Source of the DNA: Octopus sinensis
Lineage: Eukaryota
Length of the DNA: 64,000 bases
Direction: 5' to 3'
Assembly: GCF_006345805.1 (NCBI RefSeq)
Contig: NC_043005.1
Span: 99,510,001 to 99,574,000, forward strand
The stretch's first letter is position 1; each line of letters opens with the position of its first letter. Under the pieces are notes generated by a model. It had not been told where the DNA came from. It was given only the letters and a program-made list of their open reading frames with translations, and made no database searches. A program made the position numbers and the translations under genes. Below, in pieces: positions 38,180 to 52,403 of this stretch.

Positions 38180-39752
38180 ACAAAAACATACACCCACACA
38201 AACAGAAACAAACACAAACACATAAATTCGCACAAACACCCACACACACACTTACATACACCCACCTTCACACACACCACACACATATTCACACACAGAG
38301 TTTAACTTGAAGGTTTTCAACACCAATTAGCAAGATTTCAAGTAAAGTGTTGTAAGACTTACTCCATAAACTTAAGCACATTAGACAGATACAATTATTC
38401 ATTATTCTTCTCTAAAATATCAAATATTTTCATTACGAGGTGTGCCTACATGTCACATGCGCACACACACACACACCACACACACACATGCACACACACA
38501 CACACACACACACATGCACACACACATGCACACACACACACACACTCACACATACACAATGTGCCTGTAAATTTATCAATTACTAAACATATATCTGTCT
38601 ATTAATCAATTGATGTGTGTATGTGTTTGTATATATATATATATAAGTGAAAGAATGGAGTCGAACGACGATTTTAACAAAATTCCTTTATTCTCGACAT
38701 ATGTTTCGAAGACTGCATATTCTTAATTCCGAAGGAATAAAGGGTGCATTATGTCCATACTAGGATAATTCATTCTTATATATATATATATATATATATA
38801 TATAACAATAATAAATCTCTGAACGAGGTATAAACAGTAGCTGCACGAAAATGTGAAGTATATTTGTCACTTAAATGTGGCTAACCACTAAGGGTGGATG
38901 CTGTTGTAGCTTGTAGCCCCAGGAGAACATCTTCTCTAGCTGGCTATTGACACACTTTCTGTGCCATATCAGTACTTCCCATCGTCGACCTGACATGATA
39001 CACATATATACACACACACACACGTATATACAAAAGATCACAAATGGTGCTTGAAGTTTACGACAGCTGTTTTGGTAGCACTTTATTGTTGTATTCAAGG
39101 TGGTGAGCTGGCAGAATCGTTAGCACGCTGGATGAAATGCTTAGCAGTATTTCACCTGCCACTACATTCAGAGTTCAAATTCCGCCGAGGTCAACTTTGC
39201 CTTTCATCCTTTCAGGGTCGATAAATCATGTACCAGTTAAGTACTGGGGTCGATGTGATCGACTGTCCCCTCCCCACAAAATCCAGGCCTTGTGCCTTTA
39301 GTAGAAAGGATTGTTGTATTCAAATTTAAAATTTTAAACCCCTTTTGTGTTCTTTTATATTACTTATGCTGCTCGTGGAACCAGTTCTAAATTGGATTTG
39401 ATATTTACATAGCTACAGCATCCTACCAATGCATATTTTACCTCACTGTAAACCCTATGTTATTCTACCTAGCCATTTATGGTGTCCAACATGTTGATGT
39501 GCCTGGACTCTATTGAAACCAATAACTCATGAATATATATGGTGTGCAATACTCCTGTACTGGTGCCAGATAAAAAGCACCCAGCACACTTTGTAAAGAG
39601 TTAACATTAGGAAACACCCAACTGTAAAAACCAAGCCAGATCAGACTGGAACCTGGTGCCACTCTTCCGCTTGACAGCTCTGGTCGAACTGTTCAACTTA
39701 TGCCAGCATAAGAAATGAACATTAAAGGATGATGACGATGATGATGATAATA

Positions 39753-39791
<39 letters not shown>

Positions 39792-42429
39792 AGAGGTCTT
39801 AGGCCAACAGGTTTTTGGGATCTGATGATATGCTATAAAGCTAAAGCTATGGACAGAAAACCTAAGGTAATCCCATAAAATGGCCTTCCCCATTATTAAT
39901 ATATATATAATATATATATATTTATTTTATTTATGCACCCTTTTCAAGCTTAGCCAGGCTCATGGGCCTGGTTTCCCGGTTTCTATGGCATATGTGTTCC
40001 CCCCAGCTGGATGGGACACCAGTCCATCACAGCGTTACACAAGAAACAAGAAGAGAGAGTGAGAGAAAGTTGGGGGCGAAAGACTACAACAGGGGTCGCC
40101 ACCACCCCCTGCCAGAGCCTCGTGGTGCTTTAGGTATTTTCGCTCAATAAACACACACAATGCTCAGCCTGGGAACTGAAAGCGTGATCCTCCGACCATG
40201 AGCCTGCTGCCCTAACCACTGGGCCTTGCTCCTCCACACACACACACATATATATTGTTATATTTTGGGGGAATGGTCATTTGTTCTTCACTTCAGATTT
40301 ATAATTGTTCTTATTTTATGTCCTATGTTTGGAAATGTTTCGTAACACGTCCTGTGACCTCTTCAATGACTCTCAATCCCACGTGTCTCCTCTTGTTCTG
40401 TTTGGTCCATTTCACATCAGGAATCTTGCAAAACAAATACATAATATATATATATAAGCTATGATATTGTTATGACCTTTTGTAAGATGATTGATGAGGA
40501 ATTAGCTATGTCTTGTATATGAATTTTCCATTTGTTGAGTTTACATAAAATTTTTGGAACATTACACAAACATACGCATACATATATTGTCTGTGTGTAT
40601 GTCGTTTATCTTTGCAATGATAGCAGGATAGTTCTATTCACTTCCCCTGCAGAAACCTGCATAAAAGAGCCAAATAATGCCAATCATTCTTTCTTCAATT
40701 CTTCTCCGATAATTTCACAAACTTTCGTATTGGCTTTATTACCACAGCCTCACCCCACTCTGATTGAACTCCTACAGCCTCTGACCCCAGCCTATAGTAT
40801 CATTTACCCTCGCGATTACCCAGTGTGTGCAAAATCAAATGGCTGGAACTAATTCTTCTTTTACAGAAAGAAATTAAATAAAGTTGAACAAAAACTGAAA
40901 CAAAAACAAAAAAACTGAATCAGAAAGAAGGAAATGGTTGGCTGATTAAACTGACAGACAGTTGGGAAGACATCATTTTGTAAGACAACTCAATAGTTAT
41001 CTTCCCTTACATAGTCAACCCCCCCCCCCCCGCATATGCAGGCATATGTGTCCACGTACATACAGTTGCTCTCAGAACCACTACAACTTCAGAAGATCTT
41101 CCGTTAGAAAAGTACAATGACAGTTAAGATTGCTTTTCCACTGGCTTCACTTCAGAGTTCAGAGAACAACTGGGAAACAAAGAGAGGAATGGAAAGGAGA
41201 TAATGAGAGAGAGAGAGAGAGAGGGAGAGAGAGGGAGGGAGGGAGGGAGGGAGGGAGACAGACGTGCAAAGTGAGCAAGAGAAGGAAGAGGTGAAGAATA
41301 TAAATAAAAGGAGAGACAGACAGTAGTTTCAGAATGAAAGAGAAAAAGAGGAAAAGCAAGAAGAGAAAGATAGAAGAGGGAATAGTAAATGAAAGAGAGA
41401 CAAATGTTCATTGGTTAAAGATTGTGATGTGGGGTGGGGGATAATTCTGGCAATCTATGAACAGAAGGGGTTCTTATTGACTAAAATATAATTAACACAC
41501 ACACACACAAAATGACAGACGCATACATTCTCTCTATGTCTCTTTGTATGTCTGTCTCTCTCTAATACACACACACACATACATACATACATACTTATAT
41601 ATATAACACAACTTTTCTTTGTCAAATATTTGTAAGTCTGTGATATTTAACAGGAAAATACCATTTATGTGTTCTATTGTATTTTTATTGACATATGTAT
41701 GTATGTATCAGCTAAATCTGATTGGTGAGGTGAAGGAAAGGAAGTAGAAAAGGTAAGATAACTGAATGAAAAGCGAGAAGAAAAGAAATGATGTAAACTT
41801 GTAGAGAATTTTCTACATGTCTCATAATCTTTGAACTGTTGAAATATTTCAAAGAAATAATAGTAAAAATATACAATTTGTGTTGCAGAAAATGTATATG
41901 AGACAATCTGAGAGATGAGGATTGAAACATCACATTTGTTGCTACCACCAACACCGCCACCGCCACCAATAGCACCACCACCAATACCACTACCACCAAT
42001 ACCAACACCACCACCACCACCACCACAACCACCACCACTGCTGCAGCCATGATGACAATGGTAATGACAAACACCACCACCACCACAACCCTCATCAGTG
42101 CCACCACTATTTACATTATGTCTAGTTTCCTTACTGACATTGAGTGAATGTTCTCTAGAAGACCGATCCATTTCCCTGTTTAGATGAAATAAACTTCAGA
42201 GTTGTTGTTGCCCCAGGCAGAAATTCCAGGAGCTTTGTTAAAACGCTGCACACTTTTTCTTCTTGATGATGTCTGAAGCATTTGCATTGTGGATAACTCT
42301 TCTGCATCTTCAGCAGATTCCTCATTCTCATAAGTGTTTCACTTGTTAGTTAATATACTTTGACTGCGGAGGTTATTGCTAACTGAACAGTTCTTCTCCT
42401 GTAAAAGGGTTCTAGCTGTGATTGCTGAT

Positions 42430-43340
42430 CAACGACCACTTTGAGCTAGTCTCAGCTGTATAATAGTCTCCCTAGTGGCTTTCTTCAGTTACCCAGGTTC
42501 CAAAACAACCTCCTACAAGAAATAACTGATCTTGCTGAGAAGCTGTAGTGACTGACTTCAGTGTAAAATGAAGCTGCATGCTATCCTTTGACAAGAGTCT
42601 CTTCAACCAAGTGCTTTCTTCAGTTGGTGAGATTTATCATGTTTGTTCTTCCAGGGCCATAATGATGGTTTTTGTGCTTCTATATAGAAAAACAATACCT
42701 TGTCAGAGTGATATTTCTACCACCTCTTTCAGAACCATTTGTATTTCCAAGGCAGGGATTTGATGGAAAGTGTTTTCCCCAGGGGCGTTTTTGCTTTAAG
42801 TACTTTATTACACCCCACTTACAAATTTGATATATTTCGGTCCTTGTTGGTCTTAACCCTCTGCAGGTCCATCAAAACAAGTGGAGGTATGACTTTGTCA
42901 TACCTTTGCTTGTATTGATCATTTTCCATTGCCTTAGAACATTCAGTGAAAATATGGCTCAGAATGTGAAGAGTTGCTTCACACTTTCACACTGTTTGCA
43001 AAATGGGTCCTCCTTTTGGCTCCAGATTTCGAGGGTATTTGAAGCTGGCTCACAGGAAGAAATACAAACTGTTCTGGTCAATGTTCCAGAGTTCCTCAAG
43101 GTCAGTGATAACTTGTACTTTATTCACTGTACTTTATTCACTGTCCATGGCAAGCAAACTCTACAGCTGTTACACAGGGATCTTCTGCTGAATTCTCAGA
43201 CTATTGCCCTTGCCAGTGGCTCCACCTCTAGGTTCTGTGGTTGCCAACTTCTAACTATTCTTGACAGATCTCCCTAATGATCTGGTGTTTCCAATACATT
43301 TCAGCTTCCTCCACAACTTCCTGGAGCTTATATTGCCTGC
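42430..43340 (-). pseudogene. Decayed RLE-type (HERO/R4-like) non-LTR element, zinc-knuckle region
   Basis: Minus-strand fragments VVEEAEMYWKHQII, EDPFCKQC (CxxC), HIFTECSKA..QYKQRYDKV (HxxxxC) and terminal AETSSKW. Frameshifted. Confidence 0.6.
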
Positions 43341-43849
43341 GCTTCTTTTAATAGTTTTGCTGGTGTGTCTGACTTTCTTAACCTCCTAATATCAGTGTAC
43401 TAACAACTCTTATGGGAAGTGGCTTTGAATACCTCCACTTCTGCTGGAAGTGGTAAGTGGAAGTTGTAGGTTTTTCTGTACAGGTTGAACAAGATGAACG
43501 TTGGGGAATTCCAAGCCATCTACACGAAAGTTTTCTGCACAATTTTTTCCATTGTTTCCACTTGAGTCATTGCAGTTTGTATTTGATGCCATATTAGAAG
43601 CACCACATTATAAACCTTACAAGTAATGGGCTACTGTCAACTACCCTGTATCAGATGTTTCACTTTGGTCATAGTGTCTTTAACATTGCCTTCATGTTGC
43701 AATCATATGCATTCCTAAGGCCCCATGTTTCTTTTCCCTGAATCATTGGAATGTTGGCCCCTGAATAATGAAGAGGCTATTTGTCAGCTTTCCTTTCAAG
43801 ATACTTTGGGTGTTGAAATATTCTCATTTTTTCATACATGACACTTTAT

Positions 43850-44510
43850 GAAAAAATTTGACAAGTAAAGGCTGATTTGAATGATTTAAGAAGCATTTGA
43901 ATCTGCAAGGCATAAAAATGACGAGTGGAGCTGCCAGTGTTGGTACAAAGACAGATAACAAATATCCTGAGCTACTGATAAAGATTGCGGGATGGAGCTA
44001 TACACCAGAGTAAATGTACAATGTTGACAAAGCTGCCCTTTTCTAGAAGCTCCTGCCTGCTAGAATTTATTTCTCAACAAGGAAAATCAACACCAGTATT
44101 TAAAGCTTCTAAAAATCGTCTGATGCATCTTCTGGAGAAAATGTTGCTGGTGATATAAAACTAAGCCCTTATGTATCACTCCAAAATTCCAAAAGGCTTC
44201 GAAGGTTATGCAAAGGTTAATTTAACTTTGGTTTGTTATTCAAATACAAAAGTATGGATGACTAAGAACCTCTTTGAAGTGTGGATTACAAATGTTTTTC
44301 ATCCTGCTGTAGAAACGTACGGAGCCAGACATGATATTTCGAACAAAGTTCACAGGTCATCAAACCAACCAGTGAACTTATATAAGCTTTCTGATGATGT
44401 GAGAGCTAAATATATCCTCAAAAATACAACTTTTTTGTTTTAGCCAAAGAATCAAAATGTGATAGTTAACTTCAAAGAATATTATCTGAGAAAAACTTTC
44501 AAACAACAGA
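43850..44510 (+). pseudogene. Decayed Tigger/pogo (DDE_1) transposase
   Basis: Fragments YTPE*MYNVDKAALF*KLLPAR, FKASKNRL, NVAGDIKL and MYHSKIPKGFEGYAKVNLTLVCYSNTKVWMTKNLFEVWITNVFHPAVETY match the Tigger transposase layout. Confidence 0.75.
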
Positions 44511-45989
44511 AGATTGGAAACGAATAACACTTTCTTTATAATGGTGATGCTTATTTACAACTATTGCATGATTTCGGGCTTCTTTTGAAATCTGTCTACC
44601 AATTCCATTTACAAGGCTTTTGTCAGCCTGGGGCCTTTGTAGAAGACACCCAATGTGCTACCTAGTGGAATTGAACTTGAAACTACATGGTTCAAGAAAT
44701 GAACTTCTTTATCGCAGAGTCATATATATTCTAGAGAAGTCTGAAGTAAATATTTAAAAGAGTCATGACAAATGAAATGTGTAATGAAATAGTTTTATAA
44801 GCGAAATCTTGTAAAATTAAAGACATTCTTGGTTGAGGAAGAAATATGTCACGAAGACAAACTGTCAGCCATAATTAAGGTGAGCTGAGCTGGAAAATCA
44901 TAATTAAAGCTGAGGAGGACAAGACTGTTGAAACTATTTAAACAGTTCTTTAGAGATTTTGACTCAGGTAAAAAGTTTCTTACGAATGGATCAGTGAAAG
45001 AATAGTGATGATAGTGGTAGTGGTGGTGGTAGTAGTAGTTGTGATGAAAGCAGTTATGTAAGTAATGGCAGTGGTAGCAGTGTTAACAGTGGCAATAGGG
45101 GTGGTGGGTGATATAGTGGTTGTAGTAACATGGAAGTGGGTGGCTGTGGTGATGGTGGTGGAAGTAGCAGTAGTAATGGCCAGTTTATCATCCACTGAAA
45201 GAAACAAGAAATACCACATAATCTGAAAATTATTGATATTACCGGGCAATGTGTTTGAAATCATTTAAATGGTTAAGTGGAAGTCAAAGTATCTGTCAAA
45301 CTGGCATTGCAGTCCACATCATAGTGACTACTATGGGCATCAGGTATGAATAACTGCCATTATCATTGACAGATGGTTTTAAACCAATTCTGAAAATGGT
45401 ATAGGTAGTAAGTACTCATATTAGCAGATTTGCAAACCAAACGTTTTATATTAGTAGATTTTCTTAACTCTTTTACTGTGGAAATCAGAAGTATCCACTT
45501 AGAATTTCATTATCCTTAAATGTGGAAACCAGTTTTATATACAGTCTATTTTTGTTAACCTTTTAGCATCTAAACCAGCCACATCCAGCCAAAACATTTC
45601 ACCTGATTTATGTTCAAACCAACCACGTCTAGTCTCTCATACTTACCCTGCAATGTCATTCACAAATAAACGATTGCATATTTTATAGACAAGAAACTAA
45701 ATTAAAGTTGATGAGGGAATAATTATACATTACAATAGCAGAGAATTAATTTAAATCAAGTGCTAAAGAAGTTACTCCAAAACGGCTTGGACTTTATTTT
45801 ATCAGGGATCTAATATGTAATGCAATACTTACAATGGAACAATTATTGGGTAGATGATCAAGGATCATATGTGACTAGTGTGCTGATATGCACAATGGTA
45901 AATTTTAAAACAATGGTTTTAGGTTTGTATGGTGATTTTCAGAAAAGATTGGGTAATTACCCTTATAAGATGGGAAAAAAGTTCCCAAC

Positions 45990-46062
45990 AGGGGTTACAG
46001 GAGTTGAACCCATATCCTTCAGATACTGGCTGAGTACTCTACCAATAAGCTAAATAGCTTCC
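45990..46062 (-). pseudogene. tRNA-Thr-like pseudogene or SINE head, copy 1
   Basis: TAGCTTATTGGTAGAG (A box-like), anticodon arm TCAG-ccAGTat-CTGA, GGGTTCAACTCC (B box), downstream T6 run. Confidence 0.5.
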
Positions 46063-46261
46063 TGACAACAATTACCATCAGTTTTAACACTAAGTAATAG
46101 CTTTTTCAAATGCAACAACATTCTGTAAAATAACTTTGGAAGTGTCAAATGTATTCGGTATTTTACAGACAAGAAAATAAATTTTAAATGCAGGATAGCT
46201 GTGGAAACAGCAGAAAGGTTGGGTATTTTTACTCTTATAAGATGGAAAAAAGTTGCCAGCA

Positions 46262-46320
46262 GGCAGCTGTGGAAGTCGAACCGGTACCCCTCAGATACCA
46301 GCTGAATACTCTTCCATTAC
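46262..46320 (-). pseudogene. tRNA-Thr-like pseudogene or SINE head, copy 2 (5' degraded)
   Basis: TCAG-ctGGTat-CTGA anticodon arm, GGTTCGACTTCC, downstream T6 run. Flank is similar to copy 1. Confidence 0.45.
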
Positions 46321-48150
46321 ATCATTGAAATCTTAAAGCTATGAGATAAACCTTTCTACTATAGGCACAAGGCCTGGAATTTTGGTGGTGGGGGTTAAGT
46401 TGATTACAATGACCCTAGTAATCTATTGGTACTTCTTTGATCAAGCCCCAAAGAATGAAATGCAAAGTTGACGTTGGCAGAATTTGAACTCAGAATGTGC
46501 AGACAGGCAAAATACCTCTAAGCATTTATTTGAGCACGCTAATGATTCTGCCAGGAGATAAAGCAGGATTAATCCAAAACAATGTGAATAAATAAGCACA
46601 ACAATGCTAAAGGTTAAAGAATGTCATGTTCCTCTGGTTGAGTTTTTTGGGGTCAAGTTTATTGAGGCAATGCAGAAAATAGCAATTATATTTTTAGTAG
46701 ATCTTTAATATCATTATTGGAAATTTAACCAGGAAGTTTAACTTTGCAGTCAAAAGGTTAAAGAGTTACTTTGGTGTTTCATAATATATGAGTGCATGTT
46801 TCCAGCCAGGCCAAGGGTGGGGGTTGTTGATTAAATTTATAGGGATCATACATTTACTAAGTCAGATAGATTTAGTCTCCACTCTCCAATTATTAAAAGA
46901 TACATAAGGAATTTGGGGCTGATTTAATGTCAAGAAGTATCAATGATAAGGATGAGATAAAGGACCAAAATGGGAAATTTGATTAAATCCTACATACCAC
47001 AAGCTATTACATAATTCTACTTCCAAAGAAAATAATGAGTATACAGTAATTATTTCAGTGGAACTGTGTAAGTAACCATAGTGTATCCTCCTCCCCATAC
47101 CCTCCCCCCTCCTCTATCCTCCTCCGCTATCCTCATCACTATCACCGTCATCATCATCACTGTCGTCATCATCATCATCATCATCGTCGTCATCATTGTC
47201 GTCATCACCATCGTCGTCATCATCATCATCATCATATCTTTCCTGTCACCAGCCCTCATATGTTTCCAAATAACGTAATCTTACCTCATGACCAGACAAG
47301 TTTTCATGGAAGATTGGAAATAAAAAGGCACCATTTGCATGATGGTTACATGTGTTTAAAACTATCACACTAATACCTAATATCAAAGCAAGGCGACAGT
47401 AACAGGAGCATGCACTTGCAGAAATACACACACACAACGAGCTTCTTTCTGTTTCCTTCTACTAAATCCAGTGACAAGGCCTTGGTCAGCGTGAGGCTTC
47501 ACTAGAACACATTAATTGCAGTTGTGCAACAAGAGATTTGATGTGTCATCAAATTCGCTTTTAACCCTTTAGCATTCAGATTAATCTGTCAAATATGATA
47601 CTTATTTACTCACAATGTTTTGTATTAGTCATGCATTATCTCACAGCTATGATGTTTTGATGATGTGATTGTCTATTTTTAGGATAACATTGCAGGGTTG
47701 GTGTGAGAAGCAAGAACAATCTCAGATCAAGTCACTCGCAAAACAAGTACAATTCCAAAACCAGATCAAATGACTTGCTAAATAAGTATAATTTCAAAAC
47801 CACTAATGCATTTGTTGTAATAACTCTAATCAAGTGAGCTTTAACTATTCTCTCTTCAGTGGCTGATGTCATGTACAAGGACTCTCATATGAATATATTT
47901 GACATGGTTCAGAGAGACAACAGGTTAATGATGTTGGGTGAGAAGTTGGGTGAAAGGGGAGAGTAACATGTAGTGTCCAAAGCTATACTTTATTCTCCCC
48001 CTTTCCCCTTCTCAACACCTACTAACAGCATTACCCTGTTGTCTCTCTGTACTTGACCAGAACTATGCTGCCTTAGATACACCAGCACATTATATTTGAC
48101 ATGGACTTGGCTCTCAGCTGATATCTATATTTTTTTTTCTTTAATTTTAG

Positions 48151-48307
48151 TTCAAAGACACCAGCAGTGTTATACCAAGATATGGTGAACAGTAAAAGAC
48201 AGCTAGTAATATAATCTCTTACTTGTGTGACTATCATTTTAGGAACCGTTTTGTTTACAGAGAGTTATGGCTTTGTTTCCAAAACTAATAGAGATTCTCT
48301 CAGCAAG
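48151..48307 (+). CDS. Candidate exon pair 48151-48184 and 48243-48307 (e.g. SKTPAVLYQDM|EPFCLQRVMALFPKLIEILSAR)
   Basis: Strong polypyrimidine acceptor at 48150, 58-nt GT-AG intron, donor AAG|GTACC. Reading frame is ambiguous. Confidence 0.2.
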
Positions 48308-50316
48308 GTACCAGGCAAACTAGCAATAATTTGTTAAAAGTATTGGCTAAGGACAGAATATGGTATGTGATCTAAAGGTTGGTCAGTCTATAATACTTCA
48401 TAGATAGTAGTCTAACACATTGTTAACTGAGCCATCTGCAAGTCTGATATGGATTTAGTGATGAAGGAGTGAAAAGAATATTCAATACAGAATAAATAAC
48501 AGTAGAAATGAGATACATCATGATCAGGGGGATGGAGAAATAGACATTTGTTTGGAAGTTTTAGGTGTAAAAAAATAAACATAAGCAAAAGTAAATTTAG
48601 TGAAACGTATTTCTCTTTCCACAGATTGGGTTTAAACTGAAATGTGTTTGTTAAACATGGAAATCAGATTTAGTTTTTTTTTCTGTGAAACAGATCTGTT
48701 TCTCACATTTCATAGAAATAACCTGCTAATATCAAAATTGTGTAACAAAATAAAATATCAAAAAGCGGAAACCTAACATTGCTCTGCAAGTCCCAGGTGT
48801 AGCATATAGCTTTCATATCGTTTCTGGCCAGTTTCTGTGTATTGCAGTAGAACATCAAAGCCGATCTAATCAAGTATGAAAAAAAAAGACCTTGTGAATC
48901 ATATCAAAAACTTTTTATACATTGATGCTTGTATATCATTGTTGTTTTTTCCCAATATAGATTAAACAGAAATTTATTGAATGGTTTCAACATTTTAAAA
49001 GTTAAAGAAAAAATACACATAAACAATTTTTGTTTTCCCTGATAAATATAAATGTTGTTAAACAGATTTCCAAGGGGATTCGTGTTACCTTTGTTTGGAA
49101 ACTATTTCTTCTATTATAAGAATTAATCTGGTTATCTCCGAAAATATGTATGTAAGGACATGTAAGCATATTATAGTGGTGAGTTTAGGTCACTAGTATA
49201 GAGTGAAAACAGGTTGAGAGGATCTCATATGAAAGCTTAAGTGTTCATATGAGATCGAATCATTGCTGTGAACACGTAGTGTTGTTAACTGTAAAACATA
49301 ATGCTTAATATTTCGTTATACAGACGGAAAGGTATATAGACTATATGAACAGACACATATGGAGACACGGATACACACATGTAAAGATGCACATCCATAC
49401 ATACAAACATGGTACATAGTTGCATAACACACACACACAGACATGCACACACAAGGAGACAGAGGTGCATACATATACAAACACACGCTCTCACACACAT
49501 ACATAGAAAATACACAAACACGGACAGGCAAGCACATAAATATACAGGATACATACATACAGATGCACACACATACATACATACATATATACATATGCAT
49601 ACACACACATATATACATAAAGCACATGCAAACACACACACACATACATACGTACATGCATGCATGTATAGGCACACACACATACACTGACCCAAACACA
49701 TGCGCACAAACATACAAAAGGGAACACAGTGTAAATAACGGACAGAGTCAAGACTATTGAAAAGGTTGCAAGATGCAACGAAAATTTTAGGACAAGAAAA
49801 ATAGAAAAAAAAGTGGAAATTTTACTGGTGAGTGAGTTACATAATAAGGCACAAAAAGAAAATGACTCTCCCCAGACACAACAGAATAATGCTTAATACT
49901 TTTACTAAGGAAATCAGATATATCCACTCAAAATTTCATTACCTTTAACTGCAGAAAGCAGTTTTATATTCCACTCTATCTTTTGATGAGAAATGTAATG
50001 TTTGAAACTATTTTTATTGAGGTTTTCGCAGGTTTTCTGAGGCAACGTGACTTGAAGAGAATACCAATTCAATTTTTTGGTAGATTATTGGAATAACCAT
50101 GAAATTAAATTTTGCAGTGAAAGGGATAACACAGGTGAAAGTTATGAGCAAACAATTTCGTGAACTCATGCCGTTTGATAGTTGTGAATATAGCAATTGA
50201 AACGTTGCCTGTGGACTGTTATCCTGACTGTTGACAGTTAATGATAGTTTAAGCCAACTAAAGAGCATGGATGGGGTCATTCAACTTGCTAGAAATAATA
50301 GAAATATTATTAAAAT

Positions 50317-50546
50317 GGCGGCAAGCTGGTAGAAGCGTTAGCACGCCGGGCGAAATGCTTAGCAGTATTTCGTCTGCCGCTACGTTCTGAGTTCAAATTC
50401 CGTCGAGGTCGACTTTGCCTTTCATCCTTTCAGGGTCGATTAAATAAGTACCAGTTACGCACTGGGGTCGATATAATCGACTTAATCCATTCGTCTGTCC
50501 TTGTTTGTCCCCTCTGTGTTTAGCCCCTTGTGGGTAGTAAAGAAAT
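50317..50546 (+). mobile_element. SINE family A (tRNA-like head, central GCCTTTCATCCTTTCGGGGTCGATAAATAAGTACCAG block), well-preserved copy
   Basis: B box GAGTTCAAATTCC. Many similar copies in the window: about 1-132, 150-297, 11555-11757(-), 11762-11975(-), 12303-12520, 12714-12937, 16431-16645, 19763-19977, 21765-21975, 23247-23458(-), 34620-34822(-), 39097-39311, 46355-46555(-), 56030-56152, 56846-57068. Confidence 0.85.
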
Positions 50547-51810
50547 AAGAAATAATAGAAGTATCTCCTGCATATCATACAGTAACATCTTAAAAATGCA
50601 GGACATACTGAATAATACTACACTAGATACATTGCGACAGATGGTGATGGCTAGAATGCCTTATGACGATAGATCTGCTTGATTAAAGCTGACCAAGGAT
50701 GAAGCAACAACAATGAACACAAATAAGAGGGCGAATGGGAAACTGTTGTTATGAATAACTATAACAACGGACAGGCTGTTGTGGCCATATTACTGCGTCA
50801 TGTAACAAATGAGAGACATAATAGAAATCATTAGTGAGCAGCTTTCAGAAATAAACAGTAGTGTAACCATACATAGACAAACACACATGCACAAATAAAC
50901 ATACCCACATGTAGCATTTAAACATGGCGATTACGATTAGTTAATTAAAGAACAAATCTGAAATGCTAACCAAGGTTTTGCAGTAGATATTTACATGTAT
51001 TTGTCTACTTCATCTTCTTTGGCTTTCCTTTCCTCTCTGTTATATATATATATGTGTGTGTGTGTGGAAAGAATGGTCCTGGGTTCAGTCTCTGTGTGGT
51101 ACTTTGATCAAATAAGTCTACTTATTCTTGACAAGGGACGTATAACTTTATATATATTTCTCTATTTATCTACAACAGAGAGTAGTTCAGTTGTGATCCA
51201 AGGAAACCAACAATAAGGGCTTTTTTTAAAGCCTAGACCAACTTTCTTTCTGCCCGCTGCTTTCAACAAGTCAACATCGGCTTTCTTCTGTCTTCCGCAA
51301 GCCGATCTTCAACATGCATTCTAACGAATTTTTCCACCGTCTAGGCTTTAAAAACAGCCCTCATTGTTGGTTTCCTTGTCCTGTCTTTTACTGTTTTTTC
51401 GTTGTTAAAAAAAGTCTGTTTCCTTGTTTGGTTTTATGTTTTCGTTTCTCGTTGTGTTCTACGTTTATGTGTTGTGTCCTGTACTCATATATGCATGTAT
51501 ATATACATATAGATGTAGGTATGTACATATATGTATGTATGTATGCATTTGTTTTATTTATTAAGTTGTTATATGATTGAATGCACGCGTCGTTTTTCTT
51601 CTTCTTCCAAGTAAGTTATATATATATATATATATATAACTCCAAGAAAGTTAGAGGTTGTGAATCCAACCCACTAAGGGATAATATTTATCCAATATAC
51701 TGCTGGTAGAATACCCAATTATTAATACACAAGTGTTTTTTATTGCATTGCAATTACATTACCTAGTGTACTAAATGGGTGAAGGTAAAGAATTATCTTA
51801 CCATTAATTT

Positions 51811-52043
51811 ATATAGCAATAAGAAAATGGAGGGGATCAATTGGTGGTTCATCAACTTTTAAACATTATATTATGTTAACTTATTTATTTATCTATTTAC
51901 TAAACTGACAATTACAATAAAATACATACATGTATAACATATTATGCTTTACATATAAGATATAATTATAAATAAAGAAGTTAGCATAGTATTATGTCTA
52001 AAAGTTAATGAACCACCTATTGATCCCCTCCATTTTCTTATTG

Positions 52044-52049
<6 letters not shown>
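51811..52049. repeat. Foldback element with 49-bp inverted arms, TA-flanked
   Basis: 51811-51859 and 52001-52049 are inverse, with 2 mismatches. Confidence 0.8.
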
Positions 52050-52100
<51 letters not shown>

Positions 52101-52403
52101 AAATTTAATAAGGGTAGAAATTGATATTAATCAATTAAAACCAGTGGCCTAGCATATTAAAACAATCCGAAGATTAAAATATTTGTGGAAAATAGCGATT
52201 TGACGTCTATATCTAGCATGTTGACCATCCACTTTTAGTGGTCAGTCCTTTAAATTTTGTATGTATATATATATATATATATATATAGCAATAAGAGAAA
52301 AAAATATATATATAATTATAATAATATTAGGGATTAAATCCAAACTTACAGGGAAAAATTAAATTTCAAATTAAATCAAATTTCACAGTATAAATATAAA
52401 TTA

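Noticed and set aside
41233-41255. (GGGA)n G-quadruplex-forming tract
   Set aside because: A common simple repeat with no contextual evidence of function.
41674-42171. Gly-rich 165-aa ORF on the minus strand
   Set aside because: Driven by a (CCA)n/(GGT)n repeat. The short unique 5' part could be exonic, but I have no support beyond weak splice signals.
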